Below are positions 25,097-37,500 of a stretch of 64,000 nt of DNA, piece after piece. A program made the translations under genes and the position numbers. The notes beneath the pieces were generated by a model. That model ran no database searches. It saw only the letters and a program-made list of their open reading frames with translations, and was not told the DNA's origin. This stretch comes from Trichodelitschia bisporula. Taxonomy: Eukaryota. The stretch spans positions 253,789 to 317,788 of the forward strand of contig ML996706.1 in assembly GCA_010356995.1 (NCBI GenBank). The letters run 5' to 3'. Position 1 is the first letter of the stretch, and each line of letters opens with the position of its first letter.

Positions 25097-27375
25097 TTAA
25101 TCCACAGCCTCCTTCCCACTCCTAGACCTAACCGGACTAACGCCCCGTCCAACCAACCCCGCCCTCTCCACTCCAAACGCACCCAACCCAGCTAAACCCA
25201 GCCCACTCCCCGCACGACTCATGCCCTCCCTGCGCGCCGGGCTCCCAGCCCCAACAACCACACCCCCATCATCTACAAACTCAACATTGAGTACCGGGGT
25301 CGCCCATCCCGGCGCCTTCCCGGCCCGACTCGAACTCGTTCCCTCGCTCGCATCACTGTGATCATCCTCTTCGTACGGCGGAAGATCGAAGTCGCCCGCA
25401 CCGACGCCTTCTTCCAACACACGTTCATAGGCCGGAGTGCGAGTCAGGCCCAGCTTGCTCGATAGTCGGGCTGCGAAGTTGGGCCGTGGGGAGCCGCGCC
25501 TGCTCGGCGGATGCCCGAATAGTTTGGCCCAAAGGGAGGAGCGGCGCTCGCGGCCGCAGAGGAGGAAAGCGGCGAGGAGGACGATGAGGAGGAAGAGGAT
25601 GAGGCCGGGGACGCGGCGCGAGCCCGATGTCCCGAGCACGTCGTGCCACTCCTGTGTCTCGGGAGCTACGGTGGTAGTATTTCCTGCGACTGTGTCCGCG
25701 GCCTCGTCTGCCAGGTCGTCGGGAAGGTCGAATGCCTTGCCTCCTGCAAATTGAAAGTCTGGCGGCAGCGAGCTGGCACCGGGGATGTTGGACCCGAAGC
25801 CGACGGGCTGGAAGTCGTCCCCGGGAACCTGGCTCGAGGCGTAAAGCACCATCTTGCCGAGCGTCCAGCTTACCTCCGTACCCTGGATCTTGTTGACGGC
25901 CTGGAAGGGGTCGAGGAAGCCCTTGCCCTTGGAAGTGGGTAGCACCGTAGAATTGGGCAGTGTGTTCGAGGCGCGCGGTATGCCGATGCCGTCATGTAGC
26001 ATGTTGATCAGCCACGAGGCCTTAAAGCAGACCTCCTGCACCGTGCGCTCGTCCACCTTGCCCCACTTGCGCGCCTTGATGCCAGCAGCGATGTCGTCCC
26101 ACGGCTGAGTGCAGAAGGCATTGACGCGCTCTTGGTATGTGTTGAAGTCGTAGGCCTTACCCTCGTCCGATGCAGCGAAGATCTCATGCGTCGTGTGCCA
26201 GTACTCTGACACGCCCACGAAGTGGTTAACATCGAAGTCGATAGCTGGGACGTGCATGCCACCCAGCAGACACGGGTTGTCCAAGCAAGGCTTGTCCTTG
26301 TCCAGCAGTGGGTACGTCTGTCGGACACACTCGGCGAACTTGCCAGTCCCGACTAGATGCGGCCCCGTGACGACGTCCTCATCCGAGGACGGCTCAACCG
26401 GGTTGCCCTCCATTGTTGTGACAAGACCAGCAGGCAGACATGGATCCGGGAGCTCACTTTCATGTGTGTCTACAGACTCCTCCAGTGCCTTGATATATCG
26501 CCGCCGCGCCTCATTTGCGCCGAACCCCAGCCAAGTGGTCACGAACACGCGGTACTCCTGCGGCTGGCCATTCAACGTGCGCATACGGAGCAGCTTCAGG
26601 TCATCGGCGTGTCTGTCGGCCTCGGTGGCATTCGGCGCAAAGGCGATCTGTGCCGACGCGCCGCCCATATCCAGGAATCCATATGTGTGATGGTCTTTGC
26701 CGTGATTATGCTCCTCGGGGTGGTCAAAGCCGCCGAGCAGGTAATTCGCCGCCACCCATCCGTAGAGACCTTCCGTCTCTCCCGGAATGACTTGAATGTG
26801 AAGGTCGCAGTCTGGGACCTGGAACTTTGTGTTTGAGCGAACATAGGAGCAAATCTCCTTCAAGACGTCTTTGCGCTGATTGTCTGGCAGTAACCTCATG
26901 CCTGCCGTAGCGAGGAGGAAAAATGGTGTATGCTCCACTTGATCATGGGGTACATGTGATAAGGCATGTTCAAGCAACGGCGCGAGGTGATCTGGTCCGA
27001 CTTTCGTCGGCTTCTCGCCGAACGTGGATACACCTGCGACAGTCAACACACGTTCCAGGCTTGGGCGCAGAGCATACACACCAGGCTTAGTCTTCTTTGT
27101 CCAGTTCTTTTTCGTCACAAGCTCGGGAAGCGTCTTGAGCTCCTGCGGGCTCGCTTGGCTGCGCGCGCGTTCGCTGTTGAGCCATCTGTACACGTAGACG
27201 CGTGTGCCCTGATAGTGTCAGTCCAACCGTCGCGCGGCGCGCTGGACAGAACGATATACCGATGACCCAGCATCAAGAATCACACCGTAGCGCCCTAAAC
27301 GGTATCGCATCAGTACCAGGACGATAAGGAGAGCATCAGCGCGCCTGTGGCAAGATAGCACTCACACTTTCCCAT
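25097..27375 (-). CDS. YND1: Golgi apyrase (GDA1/CD39 family)
   Basis: Spliced start MGKWRYGVILDAGSSGTRVY. Apyrase regions ATAGMRLL, GETEGLYGW, DMGGASAQI and SWTLG, plus a C-terminal TM segment. Confidence 0.93.
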
Positions 27376-28217
27376 CGCTGAGTATAACGAAAGGCGGACG
27401 AAAGGATATTAAGAAGGATCTACTGGCAATGGGACATAGCAAGAAGTAGGCTGGATGTCAACGAGCGACGAAATGGACACGAAACGGTGGTTGCGGGCTT
27501 TTCTCCCAACTTTCCCAAGAGACTCTGGACTTTGGGGAAGGTGGAGTCTCTGGGACAACGAGACAATTGGGCGAGAACGGCAAAGAGAGTCCAGGGTGTC
27601 ATTCCAGCACTGGAGCAAGGGTTAGGGGGTAACGGGGGGCAGAGACGCCAAAATTAGCGGGGGGGGGTAGGGCCTGGCCAGTGCCACTGCAGAGGGGAGG
27701 GGGGCTCTGCAAGCTACTGACGCCACTGGACAAGATTCTTATCGTCCGCTGCTGGAATGCTTTCTCAGGAGCTGAAAGGGAATAATATGGCATATGGGGA
27801 CCTACAATAGCGCATATTGACTGAACGATAGAGGAATAATGTCGGTCTGATTGATTGAATTGATGAAGCTATGACAGTGAATCGTGATAGTGAAGTTGTA
27901 CCGTAAAAGGAAGAGAGCGAGAGTGGCCAAGACGGAAGACAGAGAACCCCCAAGGAAGACGCGCGGCTTCTTCTTCCGGACCAGGATTGCCACTTCCCGT
28001 CCGTGCGATCCCGCTTAGCGGGTAAGGCGACAATAGCCTCCTCACCCCCCCGAAGATCAGGCACAAATTGTGCCATCCCTATCGATATCGCTTCTCCATA
28101 TACCGAGTACTACGACAAAGTGAGCGAAAGTGCATCATGTTTGATCTTTTGATATCATGCTTCACTTCCCGTCTCTCTCCGCCCTTCCCTGACCTTCGCT
28201 CAACCCCGCATCAAACA

Positions 28218-29084
28218 TCAGTTCAGCAGGAAGCGCAAAAACGCCTTTCCCACCTCTACTCCTTGATCGTGGTCCGGTAGCCGCTTGATGGCATCCTCAT
28301 AAATGCCGTCCGGGAAAATGCCGGCTGCGTGTCGCGCATGCAGAATCTCTTCTTCAATCTCCTTGGTGAACTCCGGGTGTCCTTGCACCGTGATCAGCCG
28401 GTCCTTTTGGTACATGCCCTGGTTGCTACAGCCATCCGTCGAGCCCAGCTGCTCTACTCCGCTGGGACATCCGTACACAATGTCGCGGTGCATTTGGTAC
28501 AAACTCTGCTAAGGCGTTAGCTGCAGGAAACTATTGAGCGTGAGATCGAGGGACTGTGTCGTACCAGTTCGGGTCGTTGAAATAGCGCTTTTCCCGCTTC
28601 GCTCAGCTCGATAGGTGTCACCGAGACCTCCCATCCAGCATCTCCAAGGTACACACGCTGGCCTAAAGCCCGCCCGACAATTTGATGTCCAAAACACACG
28701 CCAATAATCCGCACGCGCTCTTGATGCAAGGTGGTCTTGACAAACTCCACGAGGTCGAGGATCCACGGGTCGTCAAGGTACGCACTGTGCTCTGTCCCCT
28801 AGTCAGTTCTGCACTTCATACTAGGCGCACTTCACATGTTGCATACTGGACCCGGTAATGAGGATGGCGTCGATGTCGTCCAATGCTGGGTAACTCTTTG
28901 ACTGCACAACGTCGTAGAAGCTGAGCTCTAAGCCCTCAGTGGCACTCAACCCTGGTTGCTTAAGTGTTTCGGCCGCGCGCTCAAGCAGCTGCTTGAAGAC
29001 ACCTCCATACCCTCCGAATTTGGCCTTGGTGTTGGTCAACGGCGTGTCGCATTCGAGAATGGCAATGCGGAGCGGTAGCTTCAT
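28218..29084 (-). CDS. Class I glutamine amidotransferase-like protein
   Basis: LRIAILECD, ILITGS, GVCFGHQI and QGHPEF (Cys-His-Glu triad); two introns. Confidence 0.9.
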
Positions 29085-29864
29085 GGCTTTGGTGAGGTCC
29101 CACGTATCGCCACAGTAGTAGCAGGTGTTCAAATTGCCACCCTCTTGAGAAGCCAATTGCTATCCTACTGTAGTGCAGACTGCAGCTCCGAGACCGGTGG
29201 TTTATCTCTTATCGATGGACTGGTAGATGACGCAAGACGGACACGACAAGGTTTGGAAGTTGCAACAGGGCTAACAGCAGGACGGAAATGGATTGATGAC
29301 CTGTAGTGCCCTCCCAATGAATGAGGAGTGAACAATGCCGAAAGGCACATGGCGACTAATTTCCTAGCGCGCTTATTCCAGCGAGCTTGAACAAGCCTTG
29401 AAAAGAACAGTCCTGCCGTGGGATGGTCCCTTACAGATGTCAAGCGTAGAAGCGCTCGACATCACCGGTCAATGAGGTCTGCCGTTTATCGAATCACATC
29501 TTTGGATGCCCTCGCCGGAGCCGATCCCCCCCCACCTCCCTCCACTAGAACTAGTCCGGGAGCGGCATGACATTCGTCAACTCTTACCGCTTAGGCCCCG
29601 ACGACAGCGGGGACCGCGCCCTTTTGTAACAACAAAGCTGAGAAATACAAACACGCCCTTCGGACGATTGTCCGCCTCTACGTTTTGCGCCTCGTGCTTG
29701 CTATATACATCTACTAGACATTCTTTGAGATCTTGGGTTGGAAAGTTCACTGCAAATACTACGTATAGACACTTGGTTCAACCAGCACCCCAGGCTTTTC
29801 TTTGCTTCGAAATCACTTCAGCAGTACGGAAGCAGCGGCGGAGTCTCCTGTACCACCAAGCAAA

Positions 29865-31766
29865 ATGGCCAAATCCGGTTCAGATTCGCGTGTACCAGCC
29901 CATGGCTCCGATGAACGAACACCCCTTCTTCACGCGCATTCGCATCCCGAAAGTCATCACCATGGTTCTATCGAGCGACGGCTTTCTGTATCTACCCCCA
30001 GCCATTGGCTTGTCCCAGATGCTCCAGAGGAACCCAGCATCTCACCAGGCGAACATGAGGACGACTCCGAGAATCCCTCCCACTTTCTGGGCGACTACAC
30101 GAAAAGACAATTCTGGATGATATACGCGCCAATGCTGTTGCAGTACTTTGTGACCACCTTTGACAGCACGCTCATGGCATCCGCCCACCCTGTGATAACG
30201 TCCTATTTTCATTCTTCGAATTCGGCGTCATGGTTATCAACCGCCTTCATGTTGACCTCGACGGCGTTTCAGCCGCTCTTTGCGCGCGTCTCGGACATGG
30301 TTGGACGGCGTCCGCTGTACATCTTTGCACTTACCATGTTCATAGCTACGACGGCCTGGTGTGCCTTAGCTCAGAGCATGGGGAGCTTCATCGCAGCCCG
30401 AGCATTCTGCGGACTCGGTGCCGGCGGCGTGATGACCATGGTAGGCATCTCAACAACGCAAGACCCCTCAATTAATACTAGTAGGCTAGTATCATAACCA
30501 ACGACCTCGTGCGAATCGAAGTCCGCGGCACTTACCAATCCTACATCAACATCTTCTTCGGCTTAGGCTCCTCATGTGGCGCCGCTTTTGGCGGCTACCT
30601 CTGCGATACCATCGGCTGGCGCTGGACCTTCGGCATCCAGATCCCGCCCATCGTGCTCATTCTCATCGCCGCCTTCATCACGACGCCCCACGACCTGGGC
30701 CCGAACCTGGCGAAGCACTCGAACCAGAGTTTTGGGCAGGTGCTCAAGGGGTTCGATATCACTGGTTCCCTCCTGCTAACCACCAGTGCGGCAGCGTTGA
30801 TTCTCGGCCTCAACCTGGGCGGAAACATCTTTCCCTGGCAACATCCCATCATCATCATTTCGCTCATCGTCTCCGTTCTCGCGGGCCTCCTCCTCATCCG
30901 CGTCGAGTCCCGTGCTCCCCGCCCCGTCATGCCCCTCGCCATGCTCTCGCAATCCCCACGAGCCAACCTCGTCTTCTCCAATTTCTTCGCCATGATAGGA
31001 ATCAACACCGTCATCTTCAACGCGCCGCTCTACTTCCAGGCCGTGAAACTGGACTCCGCGTCTATGTCCGGGTTCCGTCTCGCACTGCCCAGCGCGTCGC
31101 TCACCGTGTGCGCCGTCGGTGTCGGGTTCTTCATGACGCGCACGGGCCGCATGTATGGCCCCATTGTCGCGGGCTCGCTGAGCATGATTATCGGTGCGTC
31201 CTGTCTGGCCGCCATGTGGGACGGTATCCCGATGTGGCTTGCGACTGCGTTCGTGATCCCGCCGAGCCTCGGGCAGGGACTCATGTTCCCTGTCTGCTCG
31301 GTTGCGGTGCTGGCGGTTAGCAGTCAGGCGGACCAGGCGGTGATGACGAGCACGCTGTCGCTGTGGCGGAATCTGGGAACGGTGATGGGGGTTGCGGTTA
31401 GCAGTCTTATTGTGCAGAATTCGCTTGTCGTGTATCTGAACAAGTATATCACAGGGGCGGACAAGGCTGAGGTAGGTCCTGCTTCGATTTTTGAACTCAG
31501 GCTTACGACTAGACAATCAACCGTATCCGCAAAGCCGTCCGGGCGATCCAGGATCTGGATCCCCTGCATCAGCACGAAGGTATGGGCGAGATCCATTACA
31601 TTAACACGCATCTGACTTCCCAGCTATGACCGCCTACTCCGCCGCGCTGCGCATAACCTTCCTCTCCGCGATTATCTTCTTCGCCATCACCACCGCCCTC
31701 GCACTCCCCATCAAGCTCCCCCTCCTCGGCAGATCGCAGCCTGCGGACGAAGAAAACAGCGCCTAG
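29865..31766 (+). CDS. MFS transporter (DHA2/Vba-like, 14-TM)
   Basis: N-terminal ERTPLL dileucine-like motif, SWLSTAFMLTSTAFQPL, SDMVGRR and GWRWTFGIQ. Three introns; the last exon ends ...DEENSA*. Confidence 0.9.
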
Positions 31767-32534
31767 TCATACGGCTGCATGAGCTTGTTCCCCGCGACAT
31801 CCTCCGCGAAGTTCTCGATATGCGTGCTATGGCACCAGGGCTTGCTGCCAATCTCCTGCTTAATCGTCTCCGAGAAGCATCCCGACCACCCCTTGCGCGG
31901 ATGCGCACTCGTCACGCTCTCGATCGTCTCCTTCGCGAAGAGCTCCGCAAAATGGCCCACATTGTCTGGTCCCAGTTAGTACCAAAATCCCTCAAAAAAA
32001 TTTGAAGTAAATTCAGCATCACCCACCAAAAATCGTAACAACCTGCAACACCGCCCCCAGCGCCGTAATATTCCCCGTCTCACCCAAATCCTGATGCCGC
32101 ACAATGGCTTCAAACACGCCCTCGGCCTGATCCTTCTCCGCGCCCACGTCGCGTAGCTCGCGCAGGCCCTCCAACGCACCCCACCACTCGAAGCTCATCT
32201 TCGTGGCGCGCAGGTTCTTCGGCGTGCACCCCAGGTCATGGAGCAAGCAGGTTAGGTAGAGGGTTTCGGCGAAAGTGGGCGTCAGCAGGTGCGACAGGTG
32301 CTGCGTTACTAGTGCGATGCCATAGGTGTATACGCGCAGGCTGTGGTTGAAGACTTGTTCCGGCAGCTCCTTTTGGGCGAAAGACCGAATGGTGGTGCTG
32401 AGCTCGCTGGTGGGTTCCGGGGCGGAGGAGGCGGCGAAGGGCGCGGTGGACTTCGCGGATGTGGTGGACAGGAAGGCCTTGAGAGAGACCGGGACGGCGG
32501 ACCAGCCGTAGGGGAGTTGATCGGCGTTGGACAT
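31763..32534 (-). CDS. Cyanamide hydratase, HD-domain (DDI2/DDI3-like)
   Basis: YGWSAVP, FNHSLRVY, CLLHDLG, TKMSFEWWG, EAIVRHQDLG and KPWCHST. Intron 32026-31966. Confidence 0.9.
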
Positions 32535-33342
32535 TGCGAGGGGAGTCGAGTGAAAAGCGGATGTTATCGTATTGACGGAATCGAAAATAAAATTATCGAA
32601 TTGGTGCCGTTTTGGAAGGCTGAAGCCTCGTCTATATATCTCGGCCAACTTCCACTCAGACGCCCTAAAATTTCCGCGGAAATGCCCCGCAAGGCTTACT
32701 TACGCTCCATCTGTTGATAGAGTCTAGAACCCCCACGATGATGTCGTGGAGCTATGTTGATCTGTGCTCCGGTGCGGGGAGGGGTCTGCTTACTGATGTT
32801 GCGGTACTGCAGTGCGGCATTGCGGCAGCGGCGGCAGCTCCGGGATGGTCGCGGCAGGGCTACTTGAAATGTGTGGGCGAGGGTAATGGCGGGCGTGTCA
32901 TGGATTAGCGGGGAAAGATGACGTAGTGCTCAAATAGCAATGGAATTCGTCGGCTCACATTGCTTCTGCACAGATGATGTCGTAGGGCGTAGAGATCGAA
33001 AGAGCTCGTAGGCCATGGTGTTCTCTGGCCTGGCTGCTTCCGGGACTTGTTCCGGCTGGAAGTGAAGTTCCGGGCCAGACACAGGTCATACAACTTGGAG
33101 ATTTCATCGGATGAAAGGGCATAAAAATATCTTACTTGAGATCTACGCTGGAGGAAAACCTACTACGTTGCATCTCTAACAACCCTTAGCACTGACTCCC
33201 CCGTCTCTATCCAAGGCTCGATCGTCCCTTCCTTTACTCAACCCACCTCCGCTAGCCCGCATCACCCCCACCTCGACCCACCAAAAAAATCTCCACCATG
33301 GCAACGTTCCTTCCCATGCCCCCAAAGAGAGCAAAAAGAAAC

Positions 33343-33435
33343 CTCCCCCGCCTGGGCTTGAACCAGGAACCTCCTGATCGCATTTCTCGAGAAGAGATAA
33401 CAGTCAGACGCGCTAGCCAATTGCGCCACGGAGGA
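33343..33435 (-). tRNA. tRNA-Asn (GTT) with 19-nt intron
   Basis: Minus strand TCCTCCG TGGCGCAATTGGCTAGCGCG TCTGA CT GTT A [TCTCTTCTCGAGAAATGCG] A TCAGG AGGTT CCTGG TTCAAGC CCAGG CGGGGGA G. Full cloverleaf followed by an oligo-T terminator. Confidence 0.95.
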
Positions 33436-34132
33436 AGAGGAATTTATGGATGAAATTTCATGGCTGGGACACACGTCCGGCTTGAGACGGGATGGGAACT
33501 TCGATGTCATTGCACACATTATGCCGATGCTCTTCTTCAGATCATATATTCGTAAACGGGTATCAAAGTTCCGAGATGCTACTCCAATACAAAGGATCAC
33601 TGGTCCAGCTCCTTCTACCGCCAGTCCAGCTTCTGGAACTGATTCCTCAAGCCAAAAGTAGCAACTCCATACAGTTGTACAAGATACATCATGAACACCA
33701 GTTCTACGTCCCAGTCCCTCGTTCGAATACAAACACCAGAGCATGGTAGGACCGGAAAGGGCAACAATCCCAGGGAATACCCGGTGCCGTTTCGTTGCTC
33801 GTCGGCCAGATAGAGAGTCGTCGTGTAGTTGCGGGACCATGTTCTCGGGTGATTGGGAAAGTCGCGGTTGGCAATCGGTTCGTCAAATAGAGAAGGGGCG
33901 CCTGGAAACTTTTGGGTGATGTCGCGCCGGTATCCCTCTGGAACTCGTCCCGCCTCTTAAGCCGAATGCAGAGGTTGTTGAGCGGCGCATCGCATGCACT
34001 ACCAACTTGCCAAAGTCAGAAGAATCCCGACGACCACGCGCGCCAGTCCTCATCGCATAAAGTAGAGTCGTCCACACGCAGACAACCTCCAAGAGAACCC
34101 CAAACACCCATATCCATCACAATGGCACCCCC

Positions 34133-34597
34133 TCAACACTCCAATTCCGCCGCCCTGGCCTCCGTCCACCCTTCTCCCTCCGGCAGATCCTCAAGATCCG
34201 CCTCCGCCAACTGGGTCCCATAAAGCTCGCACGCCACACTCGCCCACCCCCCGGGACTCCCAAACCGCGGCGGTGCAGGCACATCGCCCGCCTGGAAGAC
34301 GCTGGCGCAGTCGCCGGGCAGGCCGTACCCCGCACATGTCTGGAGACAGGCATCGAAGAGGGAGTCGCTCGTTCCGTTTACGACGCGCGGGTCCGATGGC
34401 GGGAGGTAGTATGCGTAGAGGAGGGTGCTGAGGGTCACTGCTGTGGGCCGGAAGGGCGCGGGGAGAAGGAGGGCGGCTGTGGTGCAGTTTGTTATGGGTT
34501 TTGGGAGGGGCGCGCCAGCGCGGGTCGTGTGGGTGAGGGGGAGGGCGGGGGCGAGGGTGAGGAGGGTGGCGAGGAGGATGCTGTGCTGGAAGTACAT
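34133..34597 (-). CDS. Small secreted cysteine-containing protein (154 aa)
   Basis: Signal peptide MYFQHSILLATLLTLAPA, 6 Cys, intronless ORF, upstream TATA-like element near 34690. Confidence 0.8.
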   Translation of the reverse strand: MYFQHSILLATLLTLAPALPLTHTTRAGAPLPKPITNCTTAALLLPAPFRPTAVTLSTLLYAYYLPPSDPRVVNGTSDSLFDACLQTCAGYGLPGDCASVFQAGDVPAPPRFGSPGGWASVACELYGTQLAEADLEDLPEGEGWTEARAAELEC

Positions 34598-37500
34598 TTT
34601 GAAGCAATGTGTAGAGGAACAGGAGTATCGAAGTCGAGAAACAGCAGTATCGAGGTCAATTGCCCCCCATCCGCCGCGCGTAACTGCCCATATAACCCCT
34701 AGTGGCTGGGTTGTGGGGCTGGGACGTCATGACAAGGGATGACGTTGTGCGACAAAGTGGCAGGGAAATATGTGTTGTTCTCTAAGCGCGCACAACAACG
34801 CAACCTATTGTTGTGAAGAATCCAACTCCAGAAGAGCGGTTGGTGAAGCTATGAAGAGTTGTTGTCCAACGAAGCCACTTCCAGGTCGCAACGCGACGTG
34901 CGCCCCCGAGGCTGAGGTTGGTTGTGGCGGGCGGGTGGCGTGGCGCCAGCCTCCTTCGGGGATCGACAGGGGTAAGAAATAAGTTATTGCCGCCCCGCAC
35001 CCAAAGTAGCGGCTGAGGATGGCAGCGACTTCTTCCGGCGCGCTACTTGGGTGCGAATTCAGGCTCTGCTGGTTCTGACTCTTCGTCTCTCTGGCGGCAA
35101 ACTGATATCGCGACGTCGCAACCGAAGCACGTAGCTACAGTCTCCAGCGGCGTTCACTTCTGCTGACTCTCCGACTCAGCCTTACGGTGGAGCAAGGGCG
35201 TTCGAGATAAAGTCCGCACAGTGCAACATCACCCTCAGCCTTGCAAGGCAACCTCGGCCAGGCTGAAGGCAACCCGGCGCCAACGCGCGAATGCGCCACA
35301 AATATCTACTCACATACGGTACCTTCGGCGTAAATCCAACCATCCAGACCTGACTATGTGCATACCGTGACCGGCAGACGCTGCGGGGGAACCAGACTAT
35401 GCCACTTTAGTTTACGGATGTACGGGTGTATGCCGCCCCCAATGGGCGCACGCAAGGCTGCGGCCCTATGTGTGCCCTGCTCCAAGTTACCTAGTTATAT
35501 GCGGAGGGCGCCTTTTTGTGCAAAGCACCAGCGGCCTCATATGCGCATACGGCAGGATGTCCCACCCACCAATCTCCTCGTCATCAATCCCATAACGCCT
35601 CACGCTGCGCAGGACAGCAGGCGTTTCCCGATCAGATGGCAGCAGCGCCACGTCTACACTCGGGCCGGGGCGTCTGGTGTTCGATAGTACAGTTGGCATT
35701 ACGAAGGAGAGATAGGCCACCGGAACATGTCCGCCTCGCCCTACAAGCCGCGCGGCATCAGAACTTTAAGGTGGTATCCAACAAGCGATGTATAACTGCA
35801 CCGCCCCGCACGCAAGGGTCCACTGAAACGATCGTCAACGGTCTGGACGTGGGGTGCGGATCTGCCGCGTCCAAGCGTGGCGCAGGCTGATGTACGGGGG
35901 CGAGCCAAGCGGCTGGTGCCCGAGTGCGCCAATAGTCGTCGCCAGAGGCTCTGATGGTTTCTGCGACGAGAGACGTCAACCCTGTGGCAGATTCCAGATT
36001 TGTTGGTTCGTGGCGCGGGTGAAGTAGTGCCGACACGATCAGGTTGAGACCGGAGAGCCGGGAAGCGAGCACACCTGCCGCTAGGAGCGATGCGGCTGCC
36101 GTACCGGCCGCTTTGGGACGCCGGAGATTTTGCGCGGGGTTGATCGCTGAACTTGGGATGTGCCGCGGGAAAGGGCGGCTAGATACCGAACCCCACACTT
36201 GCCCGGGGATGTTACGACCGAGAGAGTACAGCGTATGGGACGCGGAATGAGGATTTTCGCGAGAGGAGGCTGTGTAGCATCCTGGTCATGTTTGTTGCCC
36301 CAGGCTGCACTTTCGGCGAGCTTGGCCGAGGAGCTTCGACTGCCGGAAAGGGCATTGCCGGACGGATGCCCAGTGAATGTATATTGCGCCGAGATATTCG
36401 CCGGAAAGTGATGGTTATATTCCGCGGGCGCCGAAAGCTTGAAGAAGAAGGATGTCGTGGGTGTGCGCGGTACGCATGTAGTGCTCGGTCATGTAGAAAA
36501 GCGCTCCCAATGGGACGAAGGGCTTCAGAAGCGCGCGCAGCCCATTGGCTCCTGGTTACGGAGACTGGCATTGAGTGGACGCATGATCAGAAATTCCTGA
36601 GACGTCGTTGGCGATAACTTACCCCTCCATTGCAGTTTGGCGACGATGCCGAGCCGTAGCTGGCTGGTATATATCTGATGCGGCCTGGCGCTTAGTGCAG
36701 GGTCCTTACGGTACAGTATCCCATGATGCAGCGAGCCACGCAGGTCGATAATTTAGCGAGGTTGCGGGATTTTGTCGTAGCGTAGTAGAAAGGTCCGGCA
36801 TAAAGTTGATTTCCTGCAGGCGTCGTAGCCCACGAACTCGTGGCAGCTGGAAGGCTGAGCTGTCAGAATCATGACGTAGGACGCCCAGACGCTGGTGAGG
36901 TGTTGTTTCTTGACTTTAAGGTCCTAGCGTGCGAGGGAGGACGTCGCCGCCAAGGGACACCAAATTTCGTCGTTGCCAGTTGCCACCAAGGGAAGGCGAC
37001 TAACCTTGGAGTATGAAGTTGTGGGGATAGAGCCCGCAAAATATGAGGCTGTGCATGGTCGAGGATCCGGACGAGATCCCATCAAGTGGTAGCATTCCTG
37101 ACTGTACTCTCATTTCCTGTTGTTCAGCAAGGTAATCAGTTACGCATCGAGGAGCAGATGACACCTCTCGGCGCGCGCAGCGCTATTTCACGCCTGACTC
37201 TGGTGCACTTTTGGTGCACAGCGACCTCTCGAGGAGCACAGCAAAGCTGCCAAGTTGGCGAATACCTTCGGCTCATTTTCTGAGAATTTGGGCGAAACTA
37301 TTCTGGAATTTTTGACGTCGGTCGTCACTAGCTGCCGTCGCCCCGAGATTTCGAGACTGAAGGCCGGTTGTCTCAAGTGCACAGCCGGGAAGTGGTCAGA
37401 CAATATACTAATACTCCGCATTGTTGCGGGGCCGAACTCAACGACTTCTCATCGGCGGGGTTGGATGGCCTGTGGCTGCCGGGTTCAGTATGTCGCGCCC

